NCBI RefSeq assembly: GCF_000150275.1
Contig: NW_002060958.1
Span: forward strand, 566,272 to 630,271
Length of the DNA stretch: 64,000 nt
Reading direction: 5' to 3'
Origin: Trichoplax adhaerens
Taxonomy: Eukaryota; Animalia; Placozoa
In this document: positions 13,401 to 25,409 of the stretch, in pieces
Layout of the letters: each line of letters starts with the position of its first letter
Numbering within the stretch: position 1 is the first letter of the stretch
The notes under the pieces: generated by a model
Told to the model about the DNA's origin: nothing
Seen by the model: the letters and a program-made list of their open reading frames with translations, nothing else
Databases searched by the model: none
Program-made: the position numbers and the translations under genes

Positions 13401-14720
13401 ACAATTAGAATTATTAACTTCTGACTAGGAATTATTATTCTCCAACATTTTAGCGAATAGCTCGTAAAAAAAAGTGAGATCATTAGAATTTCGTCCCATT
13501 ATGGAAAAAGACTTCCATTACGGATCTACGATCTAAAATTTATAGGCCCAGAGATATATTTTTCCTCGTCTGACGTACGTTAGGGTAGTACTTTTCAAAA
13601 TTTTGCAATCAAAAGTCAGAAGGGTGGATAAAAGTGAAAAGTTGTGCACTGCTGAAAGGCCAGAATCGTACACCATCACTAACTAGATACAAGTACCTAA
13701 CCGATCCTACATCTTATTTTATACTTCATTAAAGCTAGTGTTACAAAACCAGTTCAACATCAGCCTTAAAATTGTCGAAGAACGAAGTGATGCGTTAGTG
13801 CTAGGGTAATATCTATGTCAACCTACGCAATAATGTAATACCGGTATTATAATTCAATTTTATTACCACAGCCCTTATACCGGATTCAATAAAACGTCGT
13901 AAAGACTGCAGTTTAAGCCGCCAATAACCGATAAAATTTCAATTTTGAATGTTTCAAGGCTACGGATTGGAAAAAAAAGGCGCATTCCTAGTAACGGTTG
14001 CGTGGTAATATATTATCCAGTATTAATCCTATCCGGTCACTGCATAAAGTGTTTGGTAAAGAGAGAAAATTTTGACTATTTCAGTTGTGACGCCGCGTCG
14101 CTGCAACAATATGCCATTGGCTCGTTGTTGGTAATCCTTCTAACTTAGCTGAATATTAAGTATGTTTGCCAAGCGGTTTTGATTTCAAGTATATCAATAC
14201 AACAGTAATAATTAATCAGTAAAACTAATAGTTTACATAGTAGATTCAATAACGGTTAACCAACACGCTAACAATGCCCTATTCCATTGCAAAAGTAAGC
14301 GTTGCTCTAAGTAATCAATTGCAACGGATTACACGGAAATTGAAGAAATTGTCAAACTCGCCATTTCCCAATTTTTCATTCTGTTCAAGATTCATGCAAA
14401 ATTTTGTCAATGAAGAAGCCCTTTTACTAAAAGCGTATGGGCCAGCGCTAGTTTAAACAACTTCGACATCATTCTTTCCTTTATTTGCCTTTGCATGGCA
14501 ATGATTTTACAAACGATCGTGAATGACTTCTAAATAGATTTAAGGCGACCGTTATCTAATTAGTCCCGTTAACTATAAGTACTTTGGAAGTAGAAGATTG
14601 CAATTTCAAGGTAGACGCTGGGTAAAAAAATCATTTTATTCTATTTTACTTACGTCCTTGCGATACGCCAACATAGAGAATAACTATGAATAAACAGTCG
14701 AAAATTAAACTTGATCTCAT
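4470..14720 (-). CDS. CNTNAP: Contactin-associated protein (Caspr)/Neurexin IV-like type I membrane protein, 1120 aa, 6 exons (14720-14654, 8408-7236, 7069-6419, 6288-5868, 5718-5498, 5299-4470)
   Basis: All introns are GT-AG and phase-compatible (3363 nt total). Exon 1 is a signal peptide, MRSSLIFDCLFIVILYVGVSQG. Then LamG (ISDNVWHQV...NFSGCLRDL), LamG (LNDGSWH...FIGCIRDL), EGF, the Caspr-type fibrinogen-like region (CQEI...YTIDPDG...GWWVSR...WGGA...CACG...CNCD...LPVKQVRFG), LamG, EGF, LamG, S/T/P stalk, TM, band-4.1 motif GKYTTEEAK and C-terminal KKELYV. Confidence 0.9.
10620..11265 (-). pseudogene. Decayed CUB-domain-like coding relic within intron 1 of the Caspr-like gene
   Basis: Acceptor ttttag at 11266-11271 (minus). 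Translated fragments VNVPSSTGLDITFTDYTMFNC..YDC, YPGN..NSNSIQKWTRMIPIG and C..FIWSPARFIVKFLFTPD resemble CUB segments but need frameshifts and contain stops. Confidence 0.35.
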
Positions 14721-15045
14721 CTTGCTGCCGATGACGACTCGATGTCGTTTTTCTCCCACTTGCTAGAGTAAAAAGATAAGGTGGTAATTTTTTCCTCCTT
14801 TTTGATGAATCTCAAAATAATCCGTACGGATGTCCGTGCCAGCCGAGAAACGATACAGCCAAGGCTGAACGATCCAAGGGCAGTTCACCGTAATTTAAAC
14901 ACGATATTTCCGATTGTACTGTAGTCTACCAGGCCGTACTGTACCCTTTGTTCATTAACACGGCTGAGGCATTGTTGGTTGTCGTGAGTTTTTTTGATCG
15001 TGCGCTCGCTCTGACGCTATGCACGCGTTCCTCTTATCCCTTTTG

Positions 15046-15071
15046 TGACGTCATCGACATCATCTGACTCA
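15046..15071. promoter_or_regulatory. CRE (TGACGTCA, 15046-15053) plus AP-1 (TGACTCA, 15065-15071) sites in putative Caspr-like promoter
   Basis: Two perfect bZIP consensus sites 11 bp apart, ~330 bp upstream of the ATG at 14720, in a locally GC/CpG-richer patch. Confidence 0.5.
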
Positions 15072-16876
15072 TCAATTAATTGGAAGTTCAGTCACGGGCT
15101 TAGAATGAAAGTTATTGCCCCAATTACTGCTGACTACAATGCAACGCATCCGCTACTTCTTGCAACAAATTAGTGTATGGCGGAGATCTTCCTTCAGTGT
15201 AAAACAGACAGGTAGACTGGCGACATCTAATGTGTCTTTACACCGTGAAGAATTCAAAATGGAGTCATCAATGAATTGTACTGGCCTTGGGTCAGGGAAG
15301 AATCATTTTGATGATAGAAAGAGTAATTTCCAAAGAATTGAATAACGAACTGCAATCATGTTATACAGCAATGATGCTACGTGTAGACCGGAATGATTCC
15401 GCTTGCCCGGGTACCCTTTTGGATACTATCGCCCAGTGATCTGATAAGTAATTTCAGTCAAAAACAGTGAATTTGGGCCACTTTCACACTTCACTGCCAT
15501 TAATAAATAGATCAATATTTACTCAAGCTACTCTAGATAGAGTGATGTGAAAAAGAAAAACAGAATGTGTAATTGAACTTAAGCAATGAGTAACAGACTT
15601 TGGATCATGATTCAGAAGACAATTTCTAAGGTCAATAGTACAAACTGTCTATCCACTACAAAATTGAGGAAACGGTCGATAATGAAGCACCCGATCAGCT
15701 AGTGAGGTAGAGCTATCATCGGTATCATTCGTATTAGTTCCGTACAACGTGTTGCTAGTACGATTGTTGCAGTTTACTACTAGGACAGCACAGAGCAAGA
15801 CGTGTATTATCGACTATCAACTAATATGTCAGGTCTATCAACTATATTGCTAAGCTTATTGAACTTAGCTACTATTAGTAGAGTTACTAAATTTGTTAGT
15901 ATAGATATGGAACTAGCAAGCCAATGTAACCAATGATAATAGGGCAAGCTCACTCGCTTAGGAAGGATAAAAAAATAAATAATACGTTGAAACAGTAATT
16001 GCTTGTTCTACCATATTCAATTTTAGAGTAGAATATACTTTTTCAATGCCTAAGTTCGCCTACGTATGATTGGCGATTAATTTAGCTTGTCCATTGGAGG
16101 TTTGCTAAAGGTGTTGCAATTTCGTGCTACTTGGGAGCCCATGACGTATTTACAATATTAACTTCCTATTTTCATTAGCTAACATGATACCTTAATATCT
16201 ACAGTAAATTGAAATGTCTGGAGTAATGAAAAAATGATGACTTAATGCATGGTTAATTAGCATTTCATTCGTGTTGTATTTCACAATGTCTGTAGAACTT
16301 GTACTAGCTTCAATGCAGTAATAGACGGTACTTTCGTAGTTAGAATGTCGTACTTGTCAATGAAGAAGGAAGGAATATGGAGAGCATATCGTGTGAGTAA
16401 ATTGATTGCAAGCAGTTCTCACTTTCAATACTGTTGCTCACCAAAGAATGTGTTTATTAGGGGACAATTTAAAAAATATATCTTTGTCTTATTAATAAGA
16501 CAACTGTACTCTAAATGATGCTGTTTATAAGTCGACGTCGCGATTCCAATTCTTGAAAAGTACTGCACTTTTGTGTACATTATTGGCTTGTTGTATCGTC
16601 ATTATCGAAGTCCTGATTCATTATCATATGAAATCATGAAAGCGTTGAAGGCGCTGCTATTGTTCTAGATTAGTGATTACATAATAATAAATAAACAATT
16701 ACAATTATCATCATTATTATTATTATCGCATCTAGCGTGGGGCGATTTTGTACTTGATGATGGAAGTCGCAGTCCACGAGTGACCATGATTACTTATACG
16801 GGGTATGCACTCTTTGAATTCAGGGTCGTTAGCGTGGACTAGACATCATCGTCTAATGGATAATCGTTTGAAGTAG

Positions 16877-17400
16877 TACAGTACTGTACAGTATAACGCG
16901 TTTTCAGGCAATAGCGTTTATTTTTGTACAGTAGATCGATAGCAGTAGCAACGGTAATTCTTTTATAGGGACAATTGCGTTTGATGGAGCAAATTGTAGC
17001 GCCTTGCATTTTGGCTACTGTGCTGTGTGAAATTTTATGGATGGTTTGTACCCCATTGGTGCGAGTACAGTACAGTCACGGACTACTAAAATCGGTCTTC
17101 TTTGAGTACTATACTGCACACTGTACTGTACAGTACAGTAGAGCGGACTCACTCACCATCAATCGTTGATCTGGCAAGTTACAGTACACTGACACAGTAC
17201 ATACTGTATATTACAGTATATAGTACTGTACAAGATTGAGGAGCGGAAATACAGTACTGTACAATACAGTAGAACACCTTGGCGCGGAATCAACATTCTA
17301 CGCAACCGAACTGTTCCGTTCCGGATTTGGACTCTACTGCTACAGTAGCGGCAGTCTACAGTACAGTATGTGTGCAATTTGTACTGTAAAGTACAGTACC
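16877..17400. repeat. Second CAGTA/CTGTA pentamer lattice, upstream of HLCS
   Basis: tacagtactgtacagta at 16877-16893 and dense tactgta/tacagta tracts at ~17065-17400, the same units as 1-520. Confidence 0.85.
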
Positions 17401-19220
17401 ATCACAACCATGGCTAATAATGGTCGTTTTCGAGTAATCCATGACCTAGGCTAAACTTATCCATCTCTTTAGCCAATCGTATCTAGATTCATCAATTCAT
17501 TCACGATTTATTCATGTAGTTGTGATTATGGTCAGATTCTAGTAGTGTATGACCTTGGTAAAACTTGTGCAATCTTTTGATGCTGTCATATCGTATTCAT
17601 TACCGGTACCAGACTGTACTGTACGTAGTCCACCACACTAGTATAGTGCTTCGACTGTAGAATGGAAGCCTTCGAGATGCTCTACCATCCAATGAAAACA
17701 GGTCTCCCATGCTAGCCATGCAGTGCAGTAGCGGATACAATCAAATCGTTGTAGGGTGCCTAACACTTTGCGATTGCAATCCTGGCTAGCTGTGCTCAAC
17801 TTATCCGAGTCAATTCTTCAGCAATCAGGTACCGTGACCAAATTGATCGTGCAATTGACTGTACATCGCATTCCTGTTATTAAAATAGAGTAGTTAGCCA
17901 GCAGACGTCATGAGCAATTGTGTATGTGCATGGGCAATGTTAGCTCCCTCTGACCTACTGCAGTAGTTCCATTTCATAATTGTTTGTCATCAGTAGGTAT
18001 GCCCTGATGAGCACTAGCCGCACTACAGTTTTAACCATTTGACTAAAATGCTTACATGCAAATTGATGCAATGATGCCAAATGAATCAATTGCTTTGACT
18101 TTTGTTTACTACGGTACAGTCACTTAGTCAAGAATAGAAGAGAGCAGCAGATGCCAAACTCTTGAACATCCTTTGCTGACAGTATTGCATCGTTAGCAAG
18201 ACATAATGCGCCGCTAAGGCTTGAAAACGACGTACAGTACATTAATAGATGGTTGTCATTTCGTTATTGATCGAATGGAACAGATGATCCAAGATGTTGT
18301 TACAACCTTCTAATATTCATACTATGCTAACTGCTAAAGATTACCACTACAGTGCGTACATAAATCACACATTTCCAACAAAGACCATCGTTATATTCGT
18401 ATCAAGCAATCTGCAGCTAGATGAAATGATCGAGCGAAATAGCTAGAATCCACCATAGTAGTAACTCTTCATTTGCTTGAACGTACTATGAGAGAATTAT
18501 TTCAGTAAATAGTGCTGTTAGTAGCGGACTTATGAAATACCATAGAGTAGCTAGAGACTAGACCTCGGCGCGAATCGACCTGCTATCAAGAAAAAATCGC
18601 CTCTCAAAAAACTACTCCAATGGCGTAGCTAAGCTAGTATTGTTGAATGCATTGCACAGGTGCTTAAAGATGGCTGCAAAGTCATAAAACTCTTATACCC
18701 AAGCCATTGAAATACTGTCGATTGCATGTACTCGTATACCATCCGTAAACAGTACAATTTTATCCATCATGCCGTATATTGTCACGTACTCCATTACTTA
18801 CGGTGTGTATCATGTGTTTATTTTGAAGGTGCTGTGCATATTTTGCTGCTGGAGTATTGCATAATACACGCTATAAAGGTGAGATATTTTTAGGTATACA
18901 CTTACTCATTGGTTAACTCAGATACCGTTTGCATTATTGATACGATAGTTTTTTTATTAGTACTGTTTTGTTAGTAAATTCCATCAAAAATTTGGCGCGT
19001 GAGTAAATGTTTTAAAAATAGTTGTTAACGCAGTGAAATTTTACCTAATTTAGCAAGCTATACAAGCGTAAATAGCGAACAAGAGAGCTTCATTAAAGAC
19101 AAGTCTGACAGATATTGCCTGAGAACCTTACGACAGCCACAGCGTAGTCTTGTGACTGTTATCGGGAAAAGGTCAAAATTTACATTAAAGAAAATAGAAA
19201 GATCAAGAATCATACGATAT

Positions 19221-22058
19221 ATGGGTAAGCCCTTAATATGAAATTGAAGTTAGATTTTAATGGTAAATCTAATGGATATTAAATTCAATGCTATGACGTT
19301 TACCAATCGTTACGTGATTACAATGAATTTATAAGTTATAAGTGATAAGACTGATGAGATTCGGTTCTTGCTATTATTACAGTACACTAGATAGAGTCAT
19401 ATGTTATGTTTTCCACCGCTCTAGCCAGTCAAAAAAATTAGGATGTAGTATAGATATTATTTTGATTTGCTATCTGCTTGACAAAATGTTGACGCACAAT
19501 ATTTTTTAACTACGATCAATACGATATAGCTAGTCAAAGAGGAATCGAATCCTTGGAGAAATTACAGATATCCGATGAACATGATAGCGGATCCGACTTG
19601 GTCACTAAACCTCCAAATATTGTAATTTATGCCGATAATGACAGAAAGGAGGAAGTCAAAAATTTTGTATTTCAAAATATTTCTGCAGATTCTTATGTTG
19701 TCTACCATTTAAATATCGATCAAATTTTGAAAGCCCCATGGCAAGAAAACGTGGCTCTACTAGTAATAGCTCATGAGGACATTATTTCAAGCGATATTAT
19801 GGATGCTTTTACAAATTTTGTCAAGGATGGTGGGAAAATCATTAGTTTGTATAGCGGATTTAATTTAGCCGGTATATTGTATATAGATTCTTAAAAAATA
19901 TCAATTAATTATAATATTATTCTCAACTATGGCATATAAGTGCAAAACCTTATTCTAATGTCCTATGTGTTATCCTATTTTTAATTTAGGCATAACTATT
20001 TCTGAATTGCCTTGTGATAAAAAATTTCTTTTTGGACAAACGCTATTTAAATCCTCGGATGGCAAAGTTGAAGCACAATTTGACACAGCTATTTTTTGTA
20101 AATCTTACGTACTGCCACTTGATAATGCTGAAGAGAATATTCGAGTGCTAGCTACATCTTCAATAGAAGATTTACCACAGGCTCAACCTGTCATATTGGA
20201 TATTTCCTATGGAAAAGGCAGGGCTATATTAAGCCAAATTCGCTTAGAGAGGAGTCCGGATAATATCGCTGTCGATGACGAGAAACTATTTGCTAAATTG
20301 AAAAAATCCAATAGTTATCGCTTTTCCGTCTTCACCGAATGCCTATCGATTCTTGGGGTAAAACCTGGATTCACAGCTTTGCCAGCTTTGACGCCTGCTT
20401 ATCTGCTAGGAGAGCCATACGTAATAATGATAACTAATTTATTGTATATCGGTTACGGATGATAACGAATTTGACATGTTCAGCTATTTCAATTTTTCAT
20501 TGTATTTATTTATATGACAGAATTTGCAAGTCTTACAGCAAAAATTAAGCAGAGTATTGCGAGATGGTAAAATAAGCGGTAAAAATCTTACTTTAGAGTT
20601 TATCGACGCTTCAGATAAATTCCAAGAACAGTCGGAAAATTCTATGACAGTTTTTATGATCAATTCGATATTTCCTCCCAAAAATGCCTGTCAGTCATTT
20701 CAGTGGAATGACTATTGGAGTTCGTTAAAGACGAAAACTCTTGGTCGAACTGTTATGTTCAGTGAAGTTATTACCTCAACTATGACTGTTCTTGAAATGT
20801 AGGAAAATTATACATACCATTGTAATTTATGATTCATTACGTTTACCATTGACGTAATCAGTTTTAAAATTATGTAATGTGTAGTACGTATTTTGTTTCA
20901 GAAATCAGTTCCTGATGAATGTAAACCAGGACTCGGGTTTGGTAATTATAGCTAATCAGCAGACACAAGGACGAGGTATGCGGTTGTCAACAGTGCCAGT
21001 ATAGTTAGCTGTTAAGATAATTGACGGAACAATCAGTAATTTCTCTTTATATTAGCGACTATTATGGCAACTTAATATTTGATTCTAAGCAGGTATTTAC
21101 TACATTGAACACAGGTAGATCCGGTAACAATTGGATTTCTCCGAGAGGGTGTTTAATGACTTCTATTCCGTTAACTATTTCACGGCGCAGCATTATTGGA
21201 TCGCGATTGCCATTACTTGTTAATATTACCGGCTTAGCCGTTGTAAAGGCGGTTCGATCCTTGGAAGGATATGAGGTTACAATATCATAGGAATGATTGA
21301 ACCATTAGTAATAAATAGTAATTAATGAAAGAAATGCTTGTACTTTTTCTTCCATAGAACATTCCCTTAGGAATCAAGTGGCCGAATGATATTTATTACC
21401 GCGATGAAATAAAACTAGGCGGTATAATTTTGAAATCGCAGACTATCGGAAATAATGATCCACAAATTGTCGTTGGTTAGTAAATAATATCGACCATAAC
21501 TGGAATAAGAGTTTTATGAATTTTAAGTAACGATAACACTAATAGTAGTTAATGTTGTAACAAATTATAATATGATCTTTATATGCTTTTAGGCTGTGGA
21601 TTGAACGTTAGTAATAGCAATCCAACTATGTGCATTAACGATATTATTGCAAGGTTTAATAATCGAACGGAAGGTGCTAATTTGAAACCAATAAGTGTTG
21701 GTCGGCTTGCGGGATTACTATATAATAATCTCGAAACCATCATTTCCAACATTGAAAAATTTGGAATTGGACAATTTCAGCGAGAGTATTATAAGTACTG
21801 GATTCATAGGTTGTTAAAAATTTTTTCTTAGTATATTTTCTTTTTTAAGGTAATTAAGAAAGATGATTAATGACATTTTGCTCTTCTAGTAATAAGAAGG
21901 TTAAAATCGCTAATCGTGGTAACGAAGATTTTTCAATAGCCGGTATTAATGATTACGGATTTCTCTGTGTTACTGATCGTTATGGACAGAAAGTAACGTT
22001 ACAACCGGATGGTAACAGTTTCGATCTGATGCGAAATCTAATTACATTGAAAAATTAA
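19221..22058 (+). CDS. HLCS: Biotin--protein ligase (holocarboxylase synthetase), ~597 aa; exons 19221-19224, 19530-19871, 19990-20420, 20521-20798, 20902-20975, 21115-21275, 21358-21475, 21593-21809, 21890-22058
   Basis: Phase-consistent GT-AG model (1794 nt). Motifs KPPNIVIY, PWQENVALLV, TLGRTVMFSEVITST, QTQGRGRSGNNWISPRGC, IKWPNDIY, KLGGI, GCGLNVSNSNPT, YYKYWIH, GINDYGFL, LQPDGNSFDLMRNLI. The start is uncertain because the first exon is open in-frame back to 19054. Confidence 0.93.
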
Positions 22059-25000
22059 ATAAGTATCGAAAAATTATGGAATTGCTCGTATTTATCATTA
22101 CAAATTTGTTATGTCGCCATCTTTATATTGATTAATTAGAATTATATAGCAGTAGTTGCCTAACAGCATCAGTTTCGATATCGTGCTAAATTTAATTTCA
22201 TAAATGGAAGTGGACAGTTGTCATGATATGTGTCAAAAGGGTAGTACTTGTTATTATTAATACAGCTACATTGGGTATTATAGGTTAATATGCTGCGTGA
22301 CTAAGAAATATCGTAACTGTAGTAGTTCAATAAGACATTAAATTTTTAAGAACTTGTATACTTTTCATATTTACATACAGAGTTAAGATATATAACCTCT
22401 AGGAATATTGATCTGGTTGGTCTGTTTCCTACGGCTTTGAAGCCACAGCATATATAAAGTTCGATTATGATAAGTCTGTTTAACATTAATAAATAAAGTT
22501 GCAAAGCGGTTGGTTTAAATTTTGTATATTATCAGTTCAACTTGGGCTTTTATCACAATCTGATAAATTATAATGGATATAAAGTTTAACTTTACTAATG
22601 ATAAGCTTGCAAAAGTCTATTTAATATGTAAAGATGTCCGATAAAGAACTTTAGTTTTTGAATGCAAAATGATGGTCTGCCACGATAAGTGATATACAAT
22701 GACAGAAGCCCATTAGTCAAGGTATTTACGTCACCATATTTGCAGTGCTTTTGCAATTCATGAATAGTTATTGAAGTCTGAACTAATTTCTGTCTCTCAT
22801 CCTTTACAGTTTCTTAGTTACTAAGATGAGATGAGCTATTGTGCCTGTTATGAAATAACGTAAATCACTTAACATATTTATTATGACCGATTTAGTAATC
22901 GTATACAGTTCCAAACCTACCGTGCTCGCCATATGCCTGTCAGTTAATGCAGTAAACGAGCATTTTATGATGATGAAACGTTCATTCTAAAGATACAGAA
23001 ATATTATTAGACATAGATATTCCGTTAGATCCCAGTATCATAATATAACTGATTAAAAATGCCACCTGCTAGCTGCAGTGTGATGCACTGTAATGTAAAA
23101 GGCATAATTGCAAAATGGTGATCGAACTCAAGCAGTGATACTGCATACAAGATATACGAGTATAGCATATTACTGTTCTTATGAGCTGTATTAGTAAAAT
23201 TTCAGACCAAAACAGATGATACTTGAGGAATTTTTTTTCAGTACATTATGGTACGTTCATACGAGCGGTGAAAACCCAGCGACCAGCGAAGAGTCTTGTG
23301 ATTGCGGTCAAATCCTTTTTATAAGTAATCAAGACAGGTAAAATCGCTAGCTACTAATTCAGCTATCTCCAGCGATGACGTTGTTGAAATAATTATAGCA
23401 GCTGGTGGTAGATACTTTAGACCTGCGCAATTGCAATCGATCATGAAGATTGACTACACATAGAATAGAATTTTTTTATCCATGTCCCTTAAAATAGCTC
23501 TTGAGTTTTCTGACGTTACCGAAAACTATTATTAAATAAAAAATACGATAAAGAAAGCATATAATTAGGTCATTTCAGTATGTTAAAGTTTCTCGCTGAT
23601 ATTTACAATAACTGTAATGTGTCTGGTGAATAATGGTGCAAATATCTATGAACCGGAGAACAGATCTATCAATTGCTGTTATTGGCTTAGATTAATAGAT
23701 TAATTTCGGTTTACTTTTTCTGTAATTGAAATGTATAGGTGATTTTGATGCAGTATGAATGATCTGAAACATACTTATTGCAGAATTTATACCGCTTACA
23801 CTAGAAGTAAGTATATACTGTAGTAAGTTGTACTTTACGAATTGGTAGATAGTATTTCGTACTTCAAATTCAATGCGCAGTTGATAAACTTCCCGTACAA
23901 AAATATCCACATTCTATGTAATAACTTATAGAACTGTGCAATCGTAACTTTATGTTTTGTCATTACTTAGGGATGAAGGAAGTAGTCGATATTTAGCTTA
24001 CACGAAGCTTCCCATTGCTTACTCTATTACGGCGTCTGGTATCTAGGTGATTTATACTTGACAGCAAAACAGATAGTAGATCGTTATTTATTATTATTCG
24101 CTACTGTAACTGACATATTGTGGAAGTTCTCAGTAAGATTGATGGTAATTCAAGCTTTAAGAATAGTATAAAATCCGAATACCGTCCACAACTACTAATT
24201 AGAACTTTGGATTTGGATTGAAACAACTTGACATAGATGTAACGTAATGAATTTTTGTATTAATTTTAACCTTCCTCCTTATATATTGTATAAAAGAATA
24301 AGGATTTGAAGTAAAATTTATTATACCGAATACAATATCATTGATATGTTTATAATGTTATACAGCAAATCTTATGATGATTACTATTAAGGATATAAAG
24401 AACTTTCTGGTATAATTTTAGTTATCTAATAATTATACGAAATAATGCAGTCGTAAGAAGCTGAATATCAGCTACACATTGGTATTTTACGTTAGTAAAA
24501 GGTCTAATTAGCACGAATGCAGATACATCATTCAATTTACACTGGAAATGTGTATCTATTTCAATACCGTATTATATTCCAATGACATCCTTATTTTGTT
24601 GTTACTAGCTTAGATTGGAGGACAACTACTTTAGATAATTTTAATCCATGACTCTTGAATTGTAAAGCCTTCAATACCGTTGCCGATAGTAGCACTGTAT
24701 AGCTCTTACTTTATTAATTTTGTTGAATCCAATACCGATACTTTATTTCTTCAATATTCCTAATAAAGGGTAATATATACACAATGAATAAATATGTGTA
24801 TCATTTATTACTTTAATTTCAATGAATTAAATTACATATCATGACGACAAGATGATTTTATTTGATAGATTATTCTCAATTTTCTTCAACCGTGGCTGAT
24901 TCTTAACAAAAGGCAACATTTTAAAGGGTAGTGGTATGATATTTGGTATTGTAATCAATTAAGGACAAATATATTTAATATTTGCGGATAAATTCCATTT

Positions 25001-25386
25001 TTACAGTAGGTAATGACATTCACATCACATTATCATCATCTGCATCCAGTAAATATAATCATATGTCGATATAATTTTTAATTTTCTATTCATTTGATGG
25101 CTGTCAATAATACGGGATAGTATTAATCTTTTCTAAAGAGTATTGTTATCGAGAAATATATTCCAATTAGATAATAATTAGTTGACGTCAGCATTGCTTG
25201 ATTGCCATCTTTGTAGTTTAATGCAAGAAAATCATATTGATGAACGGCTATTGGCTAGTTTTTTAATAGTTTGGTCCTATCTTGTTATTATCATTATTAT
25301 CAATACATCTAGAAATATCTTTAAATTAATGATAATTTATTTTCAAGATGTAGAAGATTTTCATACGTATTATTTACTGTATATTA

Positions 25387-25409
25387 ATATATATATATAT
25401 ATATATATA
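25387..25409. repeat. (AT)n microsatellite, ~11 units
   Basis: Direct reading. Confidence 0.95.

Noticed and set aside
23260-23320. EESCDCG resembling the ADAM disintegrin motif EECDCG
   Set aside because: Isolated short match with no surrounding ORF or domain.
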